Positions 55,265-64,000 of a DNA stretch of 64,000 bases are shown piece by piece (positions within the stretch are counted from its first letter, which is position 1; each line of letters opens with the position of its first letter). The notes below the pieces were generated by a model. That model did not search any database. It saw only the letters and a program-made list of their open reading frames with translations, and was not told the origin of the DNA. Both the position numbers and the translations under genes were made by a program. The stretch comes from a virus: the IMG/VR virus record IMGVR_UViG_3300034523_000174, positions 13,608-77,607 of that record; one strand, 5' to 3'.

Positions 55265-55640
55265 GCAACCATGGGCGCATCTGATCATCCATCATGGGAA
55301 AGACATCGAAAATCGTAGTTGGCACACAAAGTACCGGGGCCGCTTCCTGGTGCACGCTTCCAAGGGCGTGACAAGGGACGAATACACCACGGCTTACCAG
55401 TTCGCCCTGGAGCGCGGAATTACTGATATGCCCCGCTTTGCTGAGCTGCAACGGGGCGGGATTATCGGCTCTGTTGAGCTGGTCGACAGCCTGGACCATA
55501 GCGATTCGCCTTGGTACATGGGCCAGAAGGGTTATCTGCTGCGCGATCCTCAGTACCTGCCATTCATTCCTTACCCTGGCCAGCTTCAATTTTTCGAAGT
55601 GCCGAATCACCTACTGCCGCAAGGGACTGCAAATGTCTGA
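55245..55640 (+). CDS. ASCH domain protein
   Basis: KALSIKQPWA.LI..GKDIENRSW.T.YRG...HAS; TTG start with AAGGAGG SD. Confidence 0.88.
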   Translation: MKALSIKQPWAHLIIHHGKDIENRSWHTKYRGRFLVHASKGVTRDEYTTAYQFALERGITDMPRFAELQRGGIIGSVELVDSLDHSDSPWYMGQKGYLLRDPQYLPFIPYPGQLQFFEVPNHLLPQGTANV

Positions 55641-56439
55641 TATCGATCCAACGGAGCTTGAGCGCGTAATTCGCAAGATCAAGCACTGCCTGGCCTTGTC
55701 GGCCAGCTCTAACGAGCACGAAGCGGCAGCGGCCATGCGCCAGGCTCAAAAGCTGATGGCCAAGTATCGTCTCACTGAGACTCAGGTGAATCTGAGCGAT
55801 GTAGGTATGACACAGGGCGAGCAGGCAAAGGCGAAGCGCGATCAGTGGGAATGCTTGCTTTCTGCGGTAGTGGCTGACGTATTCGACTGCGAAGGTCTGA
55901 CCAAAAAGTATTGGTGCAATACGCGAGGCCGCGTCGAGGTGCCTTTGTTTGTCGGTGTGACGCCGGCGCCGGAAATTGCCAAGTACGCCTACGATACCCT
56001 CCACCGCCAATGTAAGACCGCCCGCAAGGCCTACATGGATCGAATCAAGCGCGGAGAACTTCCTAAATCTTCGGTATCTGCCAAGACCAGAGGCAATCAC
56101 TTCGCACTGTATTGGGTTGGTGAAGTGCAGGACAAGCTCAAGGCGCTGATACCGACGGGAGAGGACTCGCCCGAGCAGGCCGAAAGCGATACCCACGCTT
56201 TGATCGCCATCAAGGGCCGTAGTCAGGAACTAATCGACGCCTACCTGCATAACCTCACGGACGGTAAAGGCCCGGCCGAGGGGCCAAACCGTCGCAAGAT
56301 CAAGGTTAACCCGATAGACGCCCATTTTGGCGCGAAGGCCGGCCGCCAGGCTCAAGTCAGTCACGGCGTAGGAACGACGGGCGAGCAGTTGGCCGCCATT
56401 GGCCAGGCGCCTGCCGGGACACAGGGGAGCTTTCTGTGA
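55633..56439 (+). CDS. DUF2786-domain protein
   Basis: IRKIKHCLALSASSNEHEAAAAMRQAQKLMAKY. Confidence 0.8.
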   Translation: MSDIDPTELERVIRKIKHCLALSASSNEHEAAAAMRQAQKLMAKYRLTETQVNLSDVGMTQGEQAKAKRDQWECLLSAVVADVFDCEGLTKKYWCNTRGRVEVPLFVGVTPAPEIAKYAYDTLHRQCKTARKAYMDRIKRGELPKSSVSAKTRGNHFALYWVGEVQDKLKALIPTGEDSPEQAESDTHALIAIKGRSQELIDAYLHNLTDGKGPAEGPNRRKIKVNPIDAHFGAKAGRQAQVSHGVGTTGEQLAAIGQAPAGTQGSFL

Positions 56440-57062
56440 GCGAGTTCGTATTGCAAGACAGCCGAGGCAATACCGGCGACCGCCTGATGTTTTGGGCAAA
56501 GGACGGCGCAGGCTACACGACCAACCTGGACAACGCCCAGCGCTACACCAAAGAGCAGGCCACCAGCCAGAACGAGAGCCGCGAGTCGGATCTACCGTGG
56601 CCGGTGGCGTACCTGATGGACCGTCACACGCTGGCGGTGGATTGCCAGAACGTGAAGCTGGACGAGGTGGAGGCGCAATTGCCTGGCGCTGAGCGCTGCT
56701 ACCTGTACGCGGCCGGCGCCTGGAATGGAAACGACCTGTACTGGCTGACGAATGACGGTGATATCACTGATGATTTCAGTAGGGCGCATGCCTTTCCTGC
56801 GAATATCGCCAAGAGCATGACCGGGCGTGAGCACCATAAGGTTAGGCAGGCGCCGGTGGCCCTGATTGATCCGCTGGTACGCAAGGTGGTGGCCAGCGGC
56901 AAGGTAAAGCACAAAGAAGCGCTGCGTGGTACCGGGATTATGCTGGCCAAGCCGACACGGTACCGGGCGTTTCGTGATCGGTGCGAGCACTGCGGTGTGT
57001 TTATCTCCAACGCCCAGCGCTTCCAGGATTGCCCCAAGTGTGGCGGTAGCAACGCTCCCTGA
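56436..57062 (+). CDS. Conserved phage protein with C-terminal zinc ribbon
   Basis: Duplicated FWAKDGAGYTTNLD.A / YWLT.DG..TDDF..A motif; CEHCG..CPKCG. Confidence 0.7.
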   Translation: MSEFVLQDSRGNTGDRLMFWAKDGAGYTTNLDNAQRYTKEQATSQNESRESDLPWPVAYLMDRHTLAVDCQNVKLDEVEAQLPGAERCYLYAAGAWNGNDLYWLTNDGDITDDFSRAHAFPANIAKSMTGREHHKVRQAPVALIDPLVRKVVASGKVKHKEALRGTGIMLAKPTRYRAFRDRCEHCGVFISNAQRFQDCPKCGGSNAP

Positions 57063-57124
57063 TAGCGCGACACAAAAGCGCTATAACATCTTAACGGCAA
57101 AGCGCCAAAACGCTTTGCCGTTTT
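57061..57124 (+). repeat. Octamer array that also forms a terminator-like hairpin
   Basis: AAAAGCGC TATAACAT CTTAACGG CAAAGCGC CAAAACGC; IR AACGGCAAAGCG-N6-CGCTTTGCCGTT. Confidence 0.65.
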
Positions 57125-57153
57125 AATTTGAGTCATAGAAAAGGCGAGGCGGC

Positions 57154-57900
57154 ATGCTTGAGGTAATAGGGACGGTACGAATGAAGCGGTTTGCGGCGAA
57201 CACTGTGGGCCGAGACTTTGCGGTGGGCGATATCCATGGCCATTTCACCAAGCTGCAAAAGGCACTGGATGCGGTGGGGTTTGATCCCGAGCAGGATCGG
57301 CTATTCAGTGCTGGCGATCTGGTGGACCGTGGGCCGGAGTGCCGCGACGTTCTGGAGTGGCTGGCCAAGCCTTGGTTCCACCCGGTACGTGGCAACCATG
57401 ACGACTATGTATGCCGGTTCGATACATGCGACGTGAACAACTGGATCTATAACGGCGGCTCCTGGTTCGCGGGTCTATCGCTGTTCGAACAGAAAGAGTT
57501 CGCTGTGCAGTTTGGCGAGATTCCTTTTGCTATCGAGGTTGAGACGGCTGGCGGCCTGGTGGGAGTCGTACACGCTGATTGCCCGTTCTCGTCGTGGGAT
57601 CGATTGCGCTACGAACTGGAATCCCCCGAGAGCAAGAAGCGCCTTCGCCTGGTACAGAACACCTGCATGTGGTCGCGTCAGCGCGTGGAAGAGGCCGATA
57701 CGACGCCGGTGGAAGGAGTGCGTGCGCTGGTAGTCGGCCATAACCCACTGCGGGAGCCGTTAGTGCTCGGCAACGTCCATCACATTGATACAGGCGGATG
57801 GCGCGCGGACGGAGAGGGATATTTCACTCTGCTCGACCTATCCACGCTGGCCACCTACCCCCGTGCACTGCCTGCGAAACTTCTGGCCGACTGGCATTAA
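57154..57900 (+). CDS. Ser/Thr protein phosphatase (lambda NinI / P1 Ppp-like)
   Basis: GDIHG, GDLVDRG, RGNHD, GH, IDTG. Confidence 0.9.
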   Translation: MLEVIGTVRMKRFAANTVGRDFAVGDIHGHFTKLQKALDAVGFDPEQDRLFSAGDLVDRGPECRDVLEWLAKPWFHPVRGNHDDYVCRFDTCDVNNWIYNGGSWFAGLSLFEQKEFAVQFGEIPFAIEVETAGGLVGVVHADCPFSSWDRLRYELESPESKKRLRLVQNTCMWSRQRVEEADTTPVEGVRALVVGHNPLREPLVLGNVHHIDTGGWRADGEGYFTLLDLSTLATYPRALPAKLLADWH

Positions 57901-58034
57901 CTGTAAAGAGTTATGGCGTTAAAACGTTAATGACACATTAGCGTTTTTATGTAATTATGCCGTTACTCCGCCAGAGATAAGGAATCCCCCCATGTACGAC
58001 CACCTAACGCCGCCCGCCGGCCAGGAGCACGCAA

Positions 58035-58385
58035 ATGGCTGAATACCTATTAGTCACCCGCGAGCTGTTGGCGGGCCTGTATGCGGATATGGAAAGCGCC
58101 GCCCCCGAACCCCCATCGTTGAAGTCCGACGAAGGCGCCCGGCGCAATCTGCTGCGCATCATTCTGGAGCGCAAGCCGTCCGATCATGTCCGCCCGATTC
58201 CGTCTACGCCCGAGGAAGTTTTGCAGCAAGCGGCCGAAACGACTGAGCGCCTGCGCCATGGCGAGCGTTTGTTGCGCCGTAGCCTGCCGCTGATCGTAGA
58301 GGGCGGGCGTTACGTGGAAGCCGGCTCTGTAACAGACGCTGTAGAGCGTTTTTTGAAGACTGCATACCGTGGGGGTGAGGCATGA
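58035..58385 (+). CDS. Hypothetical protein
   Basis: AGGAG SD. Confidence 0.6.
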   Translation: MAEYLLVTRELLAGLYADMESAAPEPPSLKSDEGARRNLLRIILERKPSDHVRPIPSTPEEVLQQAAETTERLRHGERLLRRSLPLIVEGGRYVEAGSVTDAVERFLKTAYRGGEA

Positions 58386-59248
58386 GTACGCCAGCCGGAC
58401 CAGTTCGCCACGAAATCATGTTTAGCATGTCGGACGCGAGCAAACAGCGCGTTGACAAGCTGCTGCTCCAGTGTGGGCACGCAAACCTCAATCTGTTGCT
58501 GGCGCGTGGTCTGGCGCTGGTGCAGTGGGTTGAGGATCAGCAAGGCCAAGGGCGCGCCATTGCCGCCCTGACCTGTGGTGATGATGTCCCCGAGGATTTG
58601 ATTGAGCTGGAAGAGCGCCCGGAGCTTTTGAAGCCCCAGCCACGCCCCCAATCGATCACAGCCCCAGCAAAGCCCGTTGAGCCGGTACAAGAGCCGGCGC
58701 CGGCGCCGGTGGTCGAGCAAACCCCAGCGCCCGAGCCGGTGGCCAGCGCAGTGCCGGCGATTGATCCCGAGAAGCTAAAAGCGCGTCCAAAGTCGCCGGC
58801 GCCAGTGAAAGAGCCACGATATCGAGCGCCGAGCGGCCGTGAGCAGGTATTGCGCGCCCATATCCCCAATGATAATGGTCCGGTCAAAACCTATACGTGG
58901 GTACGGTGGAAGTGCGGAATGGATAAGCGCTTGCCTCCGATCCTCATTGGTGAGGATCGCGCACTGCCGGGAGAGCTGACCCTTGATCACCTGCCTGAGC
59001 TTGAACGCATGCTGACTGACGCCCGCCACGCAACACACTTCCTTGTGACAAAGGACGGCTTTATGGCGTTCTACGGCTTCCAGGCGGGCAATGGTAAGCG
59101 CGGGGGCTGGTGCTACGTCGAAGAGGGTTCTATGCAGCTTCGCAAGGATGACCACTGCGACGGCGGGTTGTTTGCCATTTTCCCGGTGGTGATGGCTGTC
59201 GAGTACCTACGCCGCCTGGCCAATCCACCCCGCGCGGTGGCGATATGA
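58382..59248 (+). CDS. Hypothetical protein (RHH-like N-terminus, Pro-rich linker)
   Basis: Coupled ORF. Confidence 0.6.
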   Translation: MSTPAGPVRHEIMFSMSDASKQRVDKLLLQCGHANLNLLLARGLALVQWVEDQQGQGRAIAALTCGDDVPEDLIELEERPELLKPQPRPQSITAPAKPVEPVQEPAPAPVVEQTPAPEPVASAVPAIDPEKLKARPKSPAPVKEPRYRAPSGREQVLRAHIPNDNGPVKTYTWVRWKCGMDKRLPPILIGEDRALPGELTLDHLPELERMLTDARHATHFLVTKDGFMAFYGFQAGNGKRGGWCYVEEGSMQLRKDDHCDGGLFAIFPVVMAVEYLRRLANPPRAVAI

Positions 59249-59610
59249 ACGGCCGGATGCACTGCGCCTTTGAGGCGTTCGTGATCGATCAGCACGGCCA
59301 CCACGCGGACGGTGTTATTACGCTGCTTGCCAGCGAGCCCCTGACCAATGCCCAGCGCCAAGAGCTGGCGGCCTGGCTGGAAAAGACCCGGCCCGACTAT
59401 CAGGGGATGCACTGTGCCGATAAGTGGCCAGCCTTCCAAGCGGGCTGGAAGCTGTCGCGGGAGGCGATGGTGATTACGTTACCGGCGCGCGCCCAACCAA
59501 TCGATTACCAGGGCCAGCCGATTTACAGCATGAGCGGTGAAGGCCGTAACGCGGCACTTGATGAGTGCCGCGCCAATATTGAATCTGAAGGGGTAACTAT
59601 CAGTGAGTGA
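59245..59610 (+). CDS. Hypothetical protein
   Basis: Coupled ORF. Confidence 0.6.
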   Translation: MNGRMHCAFEAFVIDQHGHHADGVITLLASEPLTNAQRQELAAWLEKTRPDYQGMHCADKWPAFQAGWKLSREAMVITLPARAQPIDYQGQPIYSMSGEGRNAALDECRANIESEGVTISE

Positions 59611-60160
59611 AGCGAATAAGCATGTGATGGACTGCGTGGACCTGGACGATGGTGGAAGCCGTCGCTGCCTTGGCTGCCGCCAGTTTGTACACGGCAACCT
59701 TACCGAAACCCCACCAGGTGAGTGCCCTACGCCGTACAAGTCGCCCAAGCAGCTGCTGGACGAGGCGCTGGCGCGTGAGGCGGCATTGCGCGAAGAGCTG
59801 GCCGAACTTCGCGAAGAGCTTTCAGAAGAGTTCGACGACGAAGAGCGCAAAACCGAAACCCTGCAAGAGGCTATCGCCTGGATCAAGAAGGACCGCGCCG
59901 ACTACAAGTCTCAGTGGTTGTCGGCCAGTGAGAGCCTGAAACTACAGGGCATTACCATACGGGTGGGGGCGGATCGTGAGGCGGCGCTGCGGGTACAGCT
60001 GAATGACGCTGCCACGTCACTGGAAACAATCAGCAAACAGGCTGGTCGCGACGAGTACATGAAGTATATGAGCCAGGTGTGTGGCTACGCGGAGAGTCGC
60101 GCCAGCGTGGCCCGCAAGTACCTGGATAGGACCACCCAAGAGGTCGCCAGCCATGAATAG
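59603..60160 (+). CDS. Coiled-coil phage protein
   Basis: REAALR occurs twice. Confidence 0.6.
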   Translation: MSEANKHVMDCVDLDDGGSRRCLGCRQFVHGNLTETPPGECPTPYKSPKQLLDEALAREAALREELAELREELSEEFDDEERKTETLQEAIAWIKKDRADYKSQWLSASESLKLQGITIRVGADREAALRVQLNDAATSLETISKQAGRDEYMKYMSQVCGYAESRASVARKYLDRTTQEVASHE

Positions 60161-60641
60161 CGCCGTACTCAGTGATTGCGGCCTATACCGCTACCGCTTG
60201 GATCGCGAAGTATGTGAACCCTACGAGGGCAGCAAGGTGTTTGCGTTCTTCGGTGTTAACCCTTCGACGGCTGACGCCACCCTGGACGATGCCACCGTGC
60301 GCAAGTGGTGGGGCTTTACGCTGCGCAACGGCGGGCACCGGTTCATTATTGGCAACGTGTTCTCCTACCGCGCCACAGACGTGCGTCACCTGGCCGGGCC
60401 GATTGAGCCGAAAGGCCCGGACCATCACGCGCACCTACACGGCATCATCCGAGAAGCTGACGTATTGGTTCCATGCTGGGGCAATTCTGGCAAGGTGCCG
60501 CCGCGCCTGCGCCAATCAATCGACGACCTGCTGCTTTCACTGACTCTCAGCGGAAAGCCGGTTATGCACTTCGGTTTCACCAAGTCCGGCGACCCAAAAC
60601 ACCCTCTTATGCTGGGCTACAGCACGCCACTGAGAAATTGA
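60153..60641 (+). CDS. DUF1643 domain protein
   Basis: SDCGLYRYRL...NPSTAD...DDAT...N.F.YRATD...WG...PKHPL. Confidence 0.85.
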   Translation: MNSAVLSDCGLYRYRLDREVCEPYEGSKVFAFFGVNPSTADATLDDATVRKWWGFTLRNGGHRFIIGNVFSYRATDVRHLAGPIEPKGPDHHAHLHGIIREADVLVPCWGNSGKVPPRLRQSIDDLLLSLTLSGKPVMHFGFTKSGDPKHPLMLGYSTPLRN

Positions 60642-60703
60642 CATGGACCAAGCCGTGACCGACTTCAAGCATGAGCCATTAAAGTGGGCATCCAGCCGAG
60701 CCA

Positions 60704-60751
60704 AACAACGCCATGGCGCTATAGAGCTATTGAGTTAAAGCGCTATAACGT
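60704..60751 (+). repeat. Octamer array
   Basis: AACAACGC CATGGCGC TATAGAGC TATTGAGT TAAAGCGC TATAACGT. Confidence 0.7.
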
Positions 60752-60884
60752 CATAATCGAAATCTCGCCTTGCCACCCCGCGCAGGGCGGGTGCTGGCGC
60801 CCTGCCAGCAGATAGAAGCCTTACGAATCTCTTTCATAGTATCGTGCAGCGATGTACGGAAACTAAACCAAGAGAGAACGTCCC

Positions 60885-61523
60885 TTGATGTCTAAAAAGC
60901 TTATCGCGCTGGCTCTAACTTCGGGCCTTTGCCTGGTGACTGGTATTCAAAGCGCCTCCGCTGGCGTGAGTCTTTTCAAGGATTACACCTACGGCACGCC
61001 CATCGACAAATACACCCGTTCGGCTGGCTATTACGACTGTTCGAATATCGAGCAGAAGGGGCGGTGCACCGACAATTTCAATTTTGTCGGGGAGAAATTC
61101 ACCGTGGCCCTGTTCTTTCGGGAGGACAAGCTGGACATGCTGGCGCTGATCGCCCCGTACAAGCAGACCCTGTACCCGAAAGTCTCCGACGCACTGGCCA
61201 AGTCCTTCAATATCATTTCAATGGAGAACGAGCATTCGTTTATCGACATGGTGACGCTGAGGAATACGGCGACCCAAGAAGACTACGTGAAAAAGTTCGT
61301 AGCCTTTGAAGGCGCGGCGCTCAAGGCGGGCGATTTGACCTATACCTACCTTGAAGTACCGGACACCGCTGGTTTCGCAGATGTTGGCGCGATCATGCAG
61401 GCCTCGCCGGAAGACGTGAGGCGGGCAGCGGTACGCCTGGTGCGGGATAACGAGTCGTCCAGCCTGATCGTGCGGTTTGAACTGCCGAATGTGAGCTACA
61501 AGCACGACCCTGAGTCGCTTTGA
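60885..61523 (+). CDS. Exported protein (moron-like)
   Basis: Sec signal peptide ending ASA; own intergenic region and terminator. Confidence 0.7.
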   Translation: MMSKKLIALALTSGLCLVTGIQSASAGVSLFKDYTYGTPIDKYTRSAGYYDCSNIEQKGRCTDNFNFVGEKFTVALFFREDKLDMLALIAPYKQTLYPKVSDALAKSFNIISMENEHSFIDMVTLRNTATQEDYVKKFVAFEGAALKAGDLTYTYLEVPDTAGFADVGAIMQASPEDVRRAAVRLVRDNESSSLIVRFELPNVSYKHDPESL

Positions 61524-61553
61524 AATGACGGCCGGCGAATAGCCTGAAAGATG

Positions 61554-61589
61554 AGCCCCCGTGCTGGGATCTGGTGCGGGGGCTTTTTT
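61554..61589 (+). terminator. Intrinsic terminator
   Basis: AGCCCCCG...CGGGGGCT-TTTTT. Confidence 0.7.
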
Positions 61590-61688
61590 GTGCCTATTTT
61601 TCATATAAAAACATAAAAATGATGTATTGAGTTTTGTGGCCGGTGTATAGTGCCCGCATGCCAGGATTAGCCACTCAGGTGCAAGGGT

Positions 61689-62423
61689 ATGTTGGACACC
61701 AATAACGTCGTAGAGATAGGCGAGCTGAGGCTTGCAAGGGTTGAGGCGAACTATGCTCGCCGGCATGAAGGCTGCCAGCACCACCGTCTGGAAATGGACG
61801 AAGTGGGCGAAACAGTCATGTGTTTGGACTGTAAAAAGCAAGTATCCGCGTACTGGGCTCTCGAAAAGCTGCGGGGCTTCTGGCAGGACCATGCGAAGAA
61901 GTACAAGCGCGAGCTGGCGGCGGCACAGGAAGAGCGTGGCGCGGTCCTGCACCTGACGGCGGCCAAGAAGGTCGAGGCCGCTTGGCGTAGCAAAACGACG
62001 GTGCCGAGCTGCCCGCATTGCCGGCGTGGCATTTTCCCTCATGACAACCTTGGGGCCGCCACAGTAGCGCGTCGTTTTGAGGATGGTCTGCGGGAGCGGG
62101 AGCGCGCCGACAGCATTGCGCAGGGGGGGCCGGTGTCGAAGCTGTTGCCGGTAAAGCCTGCCGCCAAGGCCAAGAAGACGCCCGCCAACGCCACCATAGG
62201 GCGCTCCAGGGTCAAACCCCGCCCGGCATGGGTCCACGCCCCTGCTTGGGCTGAATGGCTCACAGGCGACGTTAAGGGCCGTTGGACATGGCACCAGATC
62301 GAACCCTTCGACGTATCAAACGAATTTCAAAGCGGCTCCATGTGCGAGTTCGCCGGCACCACGCTGGCGCCTTCGGATGGTGTCGCCATCAAAGAAAAGC
62401 GCCCAAGGGCTGAAACGGTATGA
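61689..62423 (+). CDS. Zinc-binding phage protein
   Basis: CQH...CLDC...CPHC; Trp-rich C-terminal domain. Confidence 0.65.
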   Translation: MLDTNNVVEIGELRLARVEANYARRHEGCQHHRLEMDEVGETVMCLDCKKQVSAYWALEKLRGFWQDHAKKYKRELAAAQEERGAVLHLTAAKKVEAAWRSKTTVPSCPHCRRGIFPHDNLGAATVARRFEDGLRERERADSIAQGGPVSKLLPVKPAAKAKKTPANATIGRSRVKPRPAWVHAPAWAEWLTGDVKGRWTWHQIEPFDVSNEFQSGSMCEFAGTTLAPSDGVAIKEKRPRAETV

Positions 62424-62629
62424 CCTCCCCAGTTATTACCCGTAACCACACGGGCCACCGAGTTGGCGCCTGCCACCAGCGCGCCAAGCTGACCACCGTA
62501 CAAGTCAAGGCTATCCGTGCCGCATACAGCGCCGGGGGCTGGAGCTATGCCAAGTTGGCCGCCGTGTATGGCTGCGGAGTTTCGACTGTGCGGGACATTG
62601 TTCTACTTCGCACCCGCTGGACTGCATAA
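62420..62629 (+). CDS. Small HTH protein
   Basis: AKLT..QVKAIR...SYAKLA..YGCG.STVRDI...R.W. Confidence 0.65.
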   Translation: MTSPVITRNHTGHRVGACHQRAKLTTVQVKAIRAAYSAGGWSYAKLAAVYGCGVSTVRDIVLLRTRWTA

Positions 62630-62664
62630 CAGCTACCAATAAACCGATCGATCTGGACACCACG

Positions 62665-63762
62665 ATGAACGAAGAGCAACGCACCAAGCTGGCCACCGAT
62701 ACCGCTGAGTGGCTGAAAGACCACGCTTACACCGAGCTGACCAATGTGAATGGCGTCGAGGTGTGGCGCTGCCAGAAGCCCGGTAGCCACAATCTAGCGT
62801 TCGATATCTGCATCACCCGGTTCGGAATTTCCGTTATGGGCGATATCGGCTCGCTGGCTTTCTCTGTGGGCGCGAGCTACGGCATTCCGTTTCTGGCCGG
62901 CACGGATGGTGATTACATCTATGGGAAACTGGAGGCGTCCAGCAAGGCCACCGAGTTCGACCTGCCGGGGTTAATTCAGCGCGTGGAAGACGCCATGTGT
63001 GATTGGCTTTCGCACTCGCGGGAGTCGGCTCCGGATTGGATGGATGACTATTCAAAGAATCAGGGGCGCGGAAAGGATATCGAGGCGTGGTTGCTCGCTA
63101 ATGCTGAGGGAGACGGCGAGTTGTCGGCCCTAGTCGTGGCCCTGCGCGAGGCGTGGGCATTTGAAGGCGATTCGTCGAAGGCTCACGAATGGCTGACTGA
63201 GCATGAAGAGCTGCTAGCGGTCAGTGATACGTGGGAGTGGGATCTGCGCAAGCCTACTGACAGCGTGCTTCGCCGTCTGGCCAGGGTTCGCCATGCTGCG
63301 CAGATGATCATGGCTCAGAAGGTCGCGGCCACCGAGGCGGCTCAGCAAGTCGAATACTGCTACTCCCTGGGTCCGGCTGATGAGCGTTGGAGTAGCGACA
63401 GCCTGGCGTCATATGTGAGCGACCACGAATTGACTATGGGCACTGTGATCCGGCGCGGGGTGATTTCCCGTAGGAGCGCAAGCAGCTTCCTGCCTGATGC
63501 CAATGAGGTGATTGAGCACATGGGCAACGCTGCGGCGGACGATAACAGCGAATTTGCCGATGGGTTCCCTAACGCTACCAAGGAACAGGAGGCCGAGCTT
63601 GAGCGCCTAATGAAGCCATTGCAGGCTTGGGCTGACCGCACTTGCGCTGTGAACTTCTACACCGTCGCCTACGACAGCATTGAGTCTTACGTCGTAACTG
63701 CTGAGGACGTGATAGCTGGTGAGGCGTACCGCAAGACCCTGGAAGCCGAGGTGATGGCATGA
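62665..63762 (+). CDS. Conserved phage hypothetical protein
   Basis: 365 aa; FDI......V.GDIG...F motif. Confidence 0.65.
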   Translation: MNEEQRTKLATDTAEWLKDHAYTELTNVNGVEVWRCQKPGSHNLAFDICITRFGISVMGDIGSLAFSVGASYGIPFLAGTDGDYIYGKLEASSKATEFDLPGLIQRVEDAMCDWLSHSRESAPDWMDDYSKNQGRGKDIEAWLLANAEGDGELSALVVALREAWAFEGDSSKAHEWLTEHEELLAVSDTWEWDLRKPTDSVLRRLARVRHAAQMIMAQKVAATEAAQQVEYCYSLGPADERWSSDSLASYVSDHELTMGTVIRRGVISRRSASSFLPDANEVIEHMGNAAADDNSEFADGFPNATKEQEAELERLMKPLQAWADRTCAVNFYTVAYDSIESYVVTAEDVIAGEAYRKTLEAEVMA

Positions 63763-64000
63763 AAGTGTTCGAAATCGAAGTGACCATAACGGCCGTGGTG
63801 GCGGCTGAGGACGAAAACGCTGCTGAGCTGTGGGCGGAACGAAACATGTCCGAGATTTGCAGCGAACTGACAGCACAAACAACCAGTAGCCGCGAAATCA
63901 AGACGCGTGCCGAGCTGGACACGGTGGAGAACGGCCAGTGGATGGATGCTCAGCCCTATGGCCTGCCGTCGGGTGATCAGCGCCTGATCGTCGACCTGCT
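63759..64000 (+). CDS. Hypothetical protein, truncated by the window end
   Basis: ATGA overlap; MKVFEIEVTITAVVAAEDE... open to the end. Confidence 0.55.
   Translation, partial: MKVFEIEVTITAVVAAEDENAAELWAERNMSEICSELTAQTTSSREIKTRAELDTVENGQWMDAQPYGLPSGDQRLIVDL

Larger units (their letters stand above)
1..64000. mobile_element. P1-like phage-plasmid (myovirus with plasmid replicon), partial genome
   Basis: Portal, protease, capsid, sheath, baseplate and lysis genes co-occur with RPA-family RepA plus iterons, ParA, DarA/Hdf-like genes, Ref, RdgC, SSB and a phosphatase, as in P1. No host housekeeping genes seen. Confidence 0.9.

Noticed and set aside
54651-55300. Group I intron or intein
   Set aside because: The insert is almost wholly coding, no ribozyme core is evident, and a duplicated start with its own SD makes splicing unnecessary.
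14945-57103. Other GCAAASC hits (14945, 26823, 57097) as late promoters
   Set aside because: No A2/T6 hexamer at +35 for 14945 and 57097; at 26823 the hexamer falls inside the downstream gene start.

Overview
This window is most of a P1-like phage-plasmid (contractile-tailed temperate phage carrying a plasmid replicon). The host is probably Pseudomonas, inferred from the GC-rich codon usage and Pseudomonas-type SSB and RdgC. Layout: 1-14.9 kb neck, portal, prohead protease, tape measure (GH19 domain), baseplate and tail fibre; 15-20 kb RepA with iteron origin, orphan HigA, Hdf/DarA-like gene, ParA and a small RHH partner; 20-33 kb candidate virion-packaged anti-restriction cargo (InPase-DarA_N-DdrB/ParB fusion, LPD1/zincin protein, N6-adenine MTase) interrupted by a KorC-like regulated small-gene cassette; 33-44 kb capsid, sheath, tube, chaperones and lysis; 44-52 kb P4-type integrase, rdgC, ssb, HTH regulator, lytic replication initiator, Ref and dUTPase; 52-64 kb early accessory genes. 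Terminase, late activator and Cre-like resolvase were not recognised and probably lie outside the window. Strongest non-annotated signals: (1) a GCAAASC...NANNNT late-promoter element at a fixed 35-nt offset before 10 virion/lysis operons, often fused with a hairpin; (2) nine dispersed 8-bp tandem arrays (TAWAGCGY), a probable distributed centromere or regulon; (3) an EndoVII-type homing endonuclease inserted in an ASCH gene and supplying a recoded replacement 5' end; (4) MLD[SAG] motifs and LNPLE N-terminal tags marking head and cargo proteins; (5) a 13-8-13 lox-like site; (6) a probable +1 frameshift in the tail chaperone. P1 orthologue names rest on synteny and recalled motifs, not on a database search.
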